Shown here one piece after another: positions 1 through 5,369 of a stretch of DNA of 5,369 nt. The stretch lies in NCBI GenBank assembly GCA_905250055.1, contig CAJNOF010000082.1:244622-249990 (forward strand), in the 5' to 3' direction. The DNA comes from Rotaria sp. (Eukaryota). The notes beneath the pieces were generated by a model. It saw nothing but the letters and a program-made list of their open reading frames with translations, had not been told where the DNA came from and did no database searches. The position numbers and the translations under genes were made by a program. Numbering within the stretch: the stretch's first letter is position 1; every line of letters starts with the position of its first letter.

Positions 1-8
1 CTATGTCT

Positions 9-80
9 GAAAATCAGGAAAATAGGCAGGACACATTTTAGAAAAAAATCAGGAATTTCGATTAAAATCAGGACATTTTA
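9..80 (+). repeat. AAATCAGGA-motif repeat block, copy 1 (two tandem units of ~32 and ~40 bp)
   Basis: Exact 9-mer AAATCAGGA at 11-19, 46-54 and 65-73. Units 9-40 and 41-80 both begin GAAAA..ATCAGGA and end CAGGACA(CA)TTTTA. Segment 27-55 aligns with 915-940 with only a few mismatches or indels. The block reaches the window edge, so it may be truncated. Confidence 0.8.
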
Positions 81-868
81 AGTCTTATCATAGTGCTATT
101 GTTCAGGATGTAAGCTGCACAAAAGTATGTCGATCAATGATAGTTCATTGAAACTACTATATTATATTTCGCCGAATACGTGCTTCGAGTTCTGCTTTTT
201 TCCTTTTCGTTCGCTATCTCTAATTATGCATTGTGTATACGTTTTCTTTTTCTCAGATACGTGGCCTACGGAAGGGGGCATCCTTCACTATTGGAGTCTT
301 ATTTGTTTCTAGTAGAAATCGCATTTTTATCAGGAAAATAGCTGTAAAAAGAAATAAGAAAAATCCGCATTTTCGCAGTGTTTAAGGTTCTATAACCATC
401 TTTTCGGCACTCAAACCATTTCCCTGCATCGCAATTTTCTTCCCCTCTCTGCTACTTTTCCTCTTTTTCATATCCCTGCTCTTCGCACATATAAAACCAC
501 CATGTTATAGATAAACGAATAAAAGCGTTTACAAGAAAACTTTAGTAAATCGACTAAAATGTTAAAATAAAAGAATACAAGATTTAATGCAACTACGCAC
601 GGTCGTGAACTGTATGATATAAATACCGCCGAAGTACTGGTGATAATTACTAATGATAAAATAGCTGCTTTCAAAAACCAATTAATTCGAAATAATCGAT
701 TCTTAAAGTGATCACAAGAAAAAAATGGGCAAAATAAAAATTTGAGTACCATCTTTCTTTTTATAGAAAATATTCAACAAATATTTTCATAAAATTTTTA
801 AGAAACGTTGAGTATAACAAAATAAAACATCAAAATGACGTATATGTGGTCCTACAGAGATAAATCTT

Positions 869-950
869 GAAAAATCAGGACAAAAACAGGTTTTTCAGTC
901 AAAAGCAGGAAAATCAGGACACCTTTAAAAAATCAGGAAAAAATCAGGAA
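869..950 (+). repeat. AAATCAGGA-motif repeat block, copy 2 (direct repeat of 9-80)
   Basis: Exact AAATCAGGA at 872-880, 911-919, 930-938 and 941-949. Degenerate copies are AAAGCAGGA at 902-910 and AAAACAGG at 883-890. CAGGACACCTTTAAAAAATCAGGAAA (915-940) matches CAGGACACATTTTAGAAAAAAATCAGGAA (27-55) in the same orientation. Confidence 0.8.
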
Positions 951-973
951 AGTACACACGCTGCGAGGCCTGT

Positions 974-1201
974 CTTTATTTTAAAAAATAAAGATAATGA
1001 AATAAAGAAATCTCTATTTTTTAAAAAGTAAAGAGAAAGTAAATCTTTATATTTATAAAATAAAGATAAAGATAATCTTTATTTGTAAAAATAAAGTTAA
1101 AATAAAGAATAAAGAATGACTTTTGTAAATTACAACAAAATAAATAAATCGCTGTTATTAACAACAGGTGATGTCAATTAAAAAATATTTCGTACTGTAG
1201 G
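974..1201 (+). repeat. Left arm of the inverted repeat: ATAAAG/CTTTAT minisatellite (about four units of 32-40 bp) plus a unique inner segment
   Basis: Seven ATAAAG and three CTTTAT hexamers in 974-1117. They are arranged as repeated units of the form CTTTAT..AAAATAAAG(A)TAAAG..AAT, so each unit is itself self-complementary. The inner part 1133-1201 pairs with 1977-2042. Confidence 0.75.
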
Positions 1202-1412
1202 AATATTTTTTGTCCAAAATAAGCCGTAATACAAAGTCAGTAAAGTGCCAGAAAAAAGGTCATGATTGCATTCATAGTTTTAAAATTGGTGAATGATTAA
1301 TGGAATTATTATTTTGCTATCGATATGATTCTTCTGAGACTGACTCTTATACTAATATCCGTTTGTGATGTTCTTTAAGACTTTTAAAATACGTATCATA
1401 TATTGTTGCTTA

Positions 1413-1517
1413 GGGTGTGGGTGTGGTTGGGTGAGGGTTCTGTATGCAGCCACACCATAATCACCTCCACATTCACACCCTTCCATACCCACACCCACAC
1501 CCACACTCACACCCTCC
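1413..1517 (-). repeat. GT-arm/CA-arm hairpin repeat, copy A (inverted relative to copies B and C)
   Basis: GGGTGTGGGTGTGG (1413-1426) is the perfect reverse complement of CCACACCCACACCC (1489-1502). The reverse complement of this copy aligns with copy C: GTATGG..GGGTGTG.ATGTGGA.G segments, plus the exact 11-mer CCACACCCTAA (reverse complement of 1410-1420 = 5227-5237). Confidence 0.6.
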
Positions 1518-1976
1518 GGAAGAAATCCGAGATATAACATTTATACATGGCTTGCATGGTTGAAAAAAATATTGGAAGAAAGTAGTTAGTCAACTAAGGT
1601 CAAGCCATCTCCTAAAAGCAAAGTGATTTCGTCATTGAATATTGTTACCAACACTTCATTTACGTCAATGTCAAAAATGATAATTATGTTGCAAAACGAA
1701 TCAACCAAAAGACTATATTCTGTGCAGAACTTTAGCTGAATTAGAGTCGTAGCCATTTTTACAATAAAATCTAACAATTTTTAGAAAAATAATATAGTTA
1801 ACTGAAAAGCTTATGAGTAAGATTTGATTTTCGTTTCAGTTATTACGAAGGAAGTTATTGAAATAACTAACATAGGATTTAGAAACGCAATTCATTGAAA
1901 TAAGGAAAGGTATTAGCATATTGTCACTTATTACGTATTATATTTTGCATTTATTTTTCCAATTGATAAAAATAAT

Positions 1977-2172
1977 CCTATGAAATAACTTTTAATTAAT
2001 ATGTATATATTATTGTTACAACATGATTTATTTATTTCGTTGAAATTTCCAAACAAATTATTTTTTATTCTTTATTTTAACTTTATTTTTTAAAATAAAG
2101 ATTATCTTTATTCTTTATAAAATAAAGATAAAGTAAATTTTTACCTTTATTAATAAAGTAAAGATAAAGTAA
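1977..2172 (-). repeat. Right arm of the inverted repeat (reverse complement of 974-1201)
   Basis: 2060-2111 is the reverse complement of 1066-1117 with three mismatches. 2112-2172 carries further ATAAAG/CTTTAT units in both orientations. 2013-2042 is the reverse complement of 1133-1164 with a few mismatches. Confidence 0.75.
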
Positions 2173-2284
2173 CACCCCTAATTTAGAATCCGTAGTAAGA
2201 AAGCGCGAAAACATAGAGCTAAGGCGAGTTTCAATTGTAGTTTGAAATTCGAAGAGTATTAATCGTATTGTAATGAATTTTTTG

Positions 2285-2608
2285 TGGAACTCACATATAT
2301 TTTCGAAGAAAATAGTGAGTGTAAGTTTTAAGGTCAAGGTTTCGCGGCTCCTTCCCCCTCCCCTTACGGACAGGCACCCATTACAGACCATAGCAACGTA
2401 GGCCCCACCATTACAGACACTCCCCATTACAGGCCGTAGCCACTTTGCCAGAAAAAGAAAAAATTTCTGCTTCAAATATAGAGATAAAAAAGACAGCATT
2501 TTCTGATAATCGATTATCATTAGAAAAGAACTATTATATTTTGGAGAATTTAAATATTGAGTATTTTGTGATTAGTTTAATGAAATCAAAGAAGATATGT
2601 GAGTTCCA
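2285..2608. repeat. Perfect 14-bp inverted repeat pair bracketing a ~300 bp segment
   Basis: TGGAACTCACATAT (2285-2298) is the exact reverse complement of ATATGTGAGTTCCA (2595-2608). The ORF track echoes this: the peptide ICEFH appears in both the minus ORF 2083..2520 and the plus ORF 2445..2675. The match stops at exactly 14 bp on both sides. Confidence 0.6.
2343..2446. repeat. GC-rich island containing three CCATTACAG copies
   Basis: CCATTACAGAC at 2378-2388 and 2408-2418, and CCATTACAG at 2424-2432. The associated (C)CATAGC/CGTAGCC motifs are also repeated. The local composition is conspicuously GC-rich against AT-rich flanks. Confidence 0.65.
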
Positions 2609-3009
2609 TATTCAATCCCAAAGAGACTTCGCTAACAAGCTTTTTTTGAGTAAGTATAGCCTATCCGATTACTAAGTATCTAAAAAGGAAGTATGCAAGC
2701 GATTATTTACTGGCTTGCAGCTGTTTTTTACACGAGACGTTTATGGTTGAGTTTGCTGTGCATATAGAAACGATCATAGGTCCCAGTTTTTCGGGAGCAG
2801 TACGCGCCCTCACGTCGCGACGCTAATTTGAAAGATCAGTTACGCTGACGCAAATACTTTGGTAGAAGTAACCGTTGAATGATTAAAGATTTGAGTTCAC
2901 TTTTTAGGTGACGTTTAACGCAATCTACCAGACCTATGGCAGTAATGATTCTTGATCTCATGTCAAATGAGCTAAAAAACTTTTCGAAAAGATCAGTTCA
3001 TATAAAGAG

Positions 3010-3230
3010 CTCTTCAAGCAGTTCTTCAGATCTGATATGCACTGTCTGAACCAGAGATTGAATCGAACCCAGTTGGACTGCTTCCAGTTCGGTTTCGTTA
3101 GAATTAATTTTCTTAAGAGTAGTTCAGATTCAGTTCGATTCGACTTCATTGTTGAGAGAGCGACTCGGACTTGGCTCGTTTTAGTCTCTGGTTTGAGCAG
3201 TGCAGCTCAGATCAACATTTGCTGAAGAAG
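3010..3230. repeat. Imperfect ~220 bp palindromic (MITE-like) element
   Basis: The reverse complement of 3010-3068 aligns with 3133-3230. GTTCGATTC matches 9/9. AATCTCTGGTTCAGACAGTGCATATCAGATC matches AGTCTCTGGTTTGAGCAGTGCAGCTCAGATC. The terminal GCTTGAAGAG matches GCTGAAGAAG. The right arm carries an extra ~40 bp (3142-3182). Identity in the aligned parts is roughly 70% by eye. Confidence 0.55.
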
Positions 3231-3326
3231 ATTGGTGGATAGACCTATTTGTTCGGATGCATATATTGTTTTTCTAGAAAAGTAGAATTGTACTAGCGTT
3301 ATATCGGATACTCTTGGCATCACTCA

Positions 3327-3627
3327 ATCCCAGGTCGATCGTTCCGGTCACCGGATACTGCAGGAACCGGCAGGAAAGACGCGGAAAAATCGCCGGTTCC
3401 TGCAGGAAAACACCGGAAATCAACGGAACATGGAAGCAGTATTCCGACCGAAAATTTTTCGGACTTTTTCCGGCGGATTTCCGGCCGGTTCCTGCCGGAA
3501 AGAACAGAATTGGCTGGAATCCACCGGAAAAAAATCCGAAAAATTTCCGGCCGGAATACTGCTTCCATGTTCCGTTGATTTCCGGTGTTTTCCTGCCGGA
3601 ACCGGCCGGTACTTTTCGACCTGGGAT
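3327..3627. mobile_element. CCGG-dense near-perfect palindrome (MITE-like or foldback element, ~300 bp)
   Basis: 3393-3446 versus the reverse complement of 3552-3605 matches 53/54. The termini ATCCCAGGTCGA (3327-3338) and TCGACCTGGGAT (3616-3627) are perfect reverse complements. Complementarity continues almost to the centre near 3498. There are 16 CCGG tetramers within 3344-3609. Near-identical peptides (MEAVFRP.IFR...GILLPCSVDFRCFPAGTG) are read from opposite strands. Confidence 0.8.
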
Positions 3628-4341
3628 ATGACACAGGCATCATATGAGATACCAAAGATATTTACAAGGATGCGATCAGTTTCTCAGGTTATGACAAGAT
3701 CAGAATAGATGATGTCTGTGGTATCCTAGGTAATTCTATTATTACCTTAGCTAAAGTCAATATGATGCCAACTGACATCAGTAGCATCCCTGTTTGAGTC
3801 TATAATCTTCAAGGTAATGCTCGTAGTATCCTGGTATTCGAGCAAAAATGATAAATCACTCCAAGTAGATGAGGTCCACTAACTCATTCGGTAAAACAGA
3901 TCTTGTTCCGAGTTGAGCTATTCAAACAGATTAAACCACTTGTATGAGCAGGGTTCTTAGCTTCTTCGCTATTCTTTTATAAGATAGTCCCAATTCAAGG
4001 TATAAATTATAATTGAGATAAAAAGTTTGGCTTCGGTTTTTCCTGAGTTCAGTACGGTTTTGAGTTTTTCATTTATTTTCTAAGTGATATTATGCTTGAA
4101 GAGCACCATTTTATATTCGAACTCGCTACGAGCAACTTACAATCATCTGAGTTTATTCTCATTGTTAAACACTGTCTTTGCGGATTACTATGAAGAAAAT
4201 CTTAAATCACGTAGTGCCAAGGGAATTTAACTTAAAAATTAGAACAAGGCATAAGCACCGAATCTTTTCGTTTTTCAGTTGATTTATTTTATCCGTTATT
4301 GAGGAAAACTAATATACTGTACAAGTTTAAAACCCGGAGAG

Positions 4342-4359
4342 AATCTCAGATCTGAGATT
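4342..4359. repeat. Perfect 18-bp palindrome AATCTCAGATCTGAGATT
   Basis: The sequence equals its own reverse complement and is centred on AGATCT. Confidence 0.9.
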
Positions 4360-4445
4360 GGGTATGACCAATGTTGAATTTGGATTCTTATTGATCAACT
4401 GAGAAATCAATGGCATTGTCTTAACGGAGAAGGCTACTATTTAAG

Positions 4446-4533
4446 GATGTGTGTAGATTGTGGTGTTGTTGTATACACTATCTAGAAGACATTCAAACTG
4501 ACGCATACAGACACTCACATCCACACCCTCATC
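4446..4533 (+). repeat. GT-arm/CA-arm hairpin repeat, copy B
   Basis: A GT-rich arm (4446-4478) is followed by a CA-rich arm (4501-4533). GGATGTGTGTAGATTGTGGTG resembles GGATGGGTGTGTGGATGTGGACG of copy C. The exact 11-mer ATCCACACCCT occurs at 4519-4529 and at 5225-5235. Confidence 0.6.
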
Positions 4534-5142
4534 ATTTGATGGGATTGAAGTTCTATCAAAAAGATGCCAAATTCATAATTTTAATAGTATTTTGGACTGT
4601 CTGCTTATTCTGAAATTGAATCCACATAATACAATGGATTACAAAAATAAAGACTAAAATGCATTACTTTGTTGATAGCTTATACATTTCAAAATTCTAC
4701 TAAATTCTCAAGAAACTAATATTAAAATGTGAGTCTCAACATGCTCTTTGCGTTGATGTATGATTGGATGGACTTAGCCAAGAAAATTACTAGTGAGTGA
4801 ATGTGACCTGTTATGTGTCTCCCTAGGTTATGCTTGATCCACGGACACAAAAACAACCAAAAATCAAATCATAGAAAAAACTTTAGATTTCAATTTTTGT
4901 TATTTTTAAGATATTGTCGATAACTTGTTCGATATAAATATGAATCATGAAACGTGTATACATATCATAACTAGTCCATTTAGACGATTTTCATCAAAAA
5001 TATCTTAAAGATATCATGTATCACCAATAATACCGAAAAAGTTTCGCTCGTCTGTGACTCTTGTTATCGATAATACTGCATCGATTTGAAAATAAACTTT
5101 AATATTCAGGAAGAAATACCATTGTATCGGGCATGACCAGAA

Positions 5143-5241
5143 GTGTAGGTGTTCGTATGGGTGGGATGGGTGTGTGGATGTGGACGAATAAAATATGCAC
5201 GCCCACATCAAAATTCAATCCTATATCCACACCCTAACACC
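5143..5241 (+). repeat. GT-arm/CA-arm hairpin repeat, copy C
   Basis: The GT-rich arm is 5143-5186. The CA-rich arm is in two pieces, 5198-5209 and 5225-5241. GGGTGTGTGGAT can pair with ATCCACACCC with a 2-nt bulge, and GTGGACG can pair with CGCCCAC with one mismatch. Shared blocks with copies A and B are listed under those features. Confidence 0.6.
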
Positions 5242-5369
5242 GAAAATGTGAAATTTAGAGACGATAAAGCTACTGAAAAATGCGTTTTTTTGCCTAAAAT
5301 ATGGATGGGCGGTATTTTGATAATGTTACCACCATTTTTTGATAAAATTTACATATTCTAGAAGGCCGA

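Larger units (their letters stand above)
974..2172. mobile_element. Foldback-like, long-inverted-repeat non-autonomous element candidate (~1.2 kb)
   Basis: Long inverted arms at 974-1201 and 1977-2172. The core 1066-1117 versus the reverse complement of 2060-2111 matches 49/52 by my hand alignment. Complementarity continues inward (1133-1164 vs 2013-2042; ~1170-1201 vs 1977-2012) and in degraded form further toward the centre. There is no ORF of transposase size inside and no clear target-site duplication. Confidence 0.5.

Noticed and set aside
127-312. The remaining short ORFs (127..312 +, 1586..1777 -, 2445..2675 +, 2958..3149 -, 3037..3225 +, 5014..5211 -) of 61-76 aa.
   Set aside because: All are near the minimum length of the ORF track. 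Several overlap each other or overlap repeats, and none has a sequence I recognise as a conserved protein. This many ORFs of this size is expected by chance in 5.4 kb.
468-752. A 94-aa minus-strand ORF that is very hydrophobic and superficially like a small membrane protein or a receptor exon.
   Set aside because: A Phe/Leu/Ile/Val-rich translation is expected from T-rich reading of AT-rich DNA. I recognise no motifs, no supporting neighbouring exons and no start context. I cannot exclude an exon fragment without BLASTX.
974-1117. Regularly spaced short repeats that might be mistaken for a CRISPR array.
   Set aside because: The units are ~32-40 bp, degenerate and contiguous. There are no unique spacers between conserved repeats. 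An inverted copy of the array lies 940 bp away, and there are no cas-like ORFs anywhere in the window.
1413-1510. Telomere-like sequence: GGGTGTGGGTGTGG and CCACACCCACACCCACAC resemble budding-yeast TG(1-3)/C(1-3)A telomeric repeats.
   Set aside because: The tracts are short and internal. They are present as a complementary pair in cis, forming hairpin arms, and they recur with shared non-telomeric flanks at two other sites. A 5 kb ORF-free, AT-rich context does not fit a compact yeast genome. A dispersed hairpin repeat explains them better.
1352-1540. ORFs over the GT/CA hairpins: 1352..1540 minus (GVSVGVGVG, PHPHP) and 5149..5361 plus (VWVGWVCGCG, YPHPN).
   Set aside because: They are low-complexity translations of GT-rich and CA-rich arms. 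The similarity between the two peptides reflects the shared DNA repeat rather than a protein family.
2083-2520. The longest ORF in the window (145 aa, minus strand).
   Set aside because: Its C-terminal third translates the ATAAAG/CTTTAT minisatellite (LLYLYFINKGKNLLYLYFIKNKDNLYFKK). Its middle translates the CCATTACAG repeats (VCNGG...VCNGC). The open frame is therefore explained by stop-poor repeats, and I recognise no domain-like sequence.
2694-2730. A stem-loop TGCAAGC(2694-2700)/GCTTGCA(2713-2719) followed by a T-run (2724-2729), resembling a rho-independent terminator.
   Set aside because: No upstream gene exists for it to terminate. The stem is only 7 bp and is separated from the T-run by several bases. 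The window does not otherwise look prokaryotic.
3060-3142. tRNA B-box-like cores (GGTTCGATTC on the minus strand at 3060-3069; AGTTCGATTCG at 3132-3142), hinting at a tRNA gene or tRNA-derived SINE.
   Set aside because: I could not build a cloverleaf by eye: there is no matching T-stem, A-box at the proper spacing, or acceptor stem. The motif is simply mirrored in both arms of the palindrome. I leave it as a check rather than a call.
3316-3642. Direct repeat GGCATCA at 3316-3322 and 3636-3642, as a possible target-site duplication of the CCGG palindrome.
   Set aside because: The copies are not adjacent to the complementary termini: 4 bp away on the left and 8 bp away on the right. A 7-mer match at this distance can easily arise by chance, so exact element ends need other copies or empty sites.
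3314-3708. Three overlapping ORFs (3314..3631 +, 3320..3655 -, 3430..3708 +) of 92-111 aa that could be read as overlapping or antisense genes.
   Set aside because: They lie on the 3327-3627 palindrome and encode nearly the same peptide from opposite strands (MEAVFRP.IFR..., GILLPCSVDFRCFPAGTG). That is the automatic consequence of reverse-complement symmetry. The peptides are Arg/Pro/Gly-rich low complexity derived from the CCGG/GGAA motifs.

Overview
This is AT-rich DNA with no credible protein-coding gene. The longest ORF is 145 aa, and every ORF of 60 aa or more is low-complexity, runs through a repeat, or is a mirror-image artefact of a palindrome. About 1.3 kb (3709-5013) has no ORF of 60 aa or more in any frame. 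I see no operon-like gene packing, rRNA, tRNA or CRISPR array. Instead the window is a mosaic of structured non-coding repeats. (1) Two direct AAATCAGGA-motif blocks lie at 9-80 and 869-950. (2) A ~1.2 kb foldback-like element (974-2172) has arms built from ATAAAG/CTTTAT minisatellite units. (3) A ~90-105 bp GT-arm/CA-arm hairpin repeat occurs three times: 1413-1517 inverted, 4446-4533 and 5143-5241. (4) A GC-rich island with three CCATTACAG copies is bracketed by a perfect 14-bp inverted repeat. (5) An imperfect ~220 bp palindrome lies at 3010-3230. (6) A ~300 bp CCGG-dense, near-perfect palindrome lies at 3327-3627. My inference is repeat-dense intergenic or intronic DNA from an AT-rich eukaryote, not a prokaryotic locus. 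An arthropod-type, MITE-rich genome would fit, but I cannot verify that. I found no novel protein-based system; the items worth following up are the hairpin and foldback repeat families.
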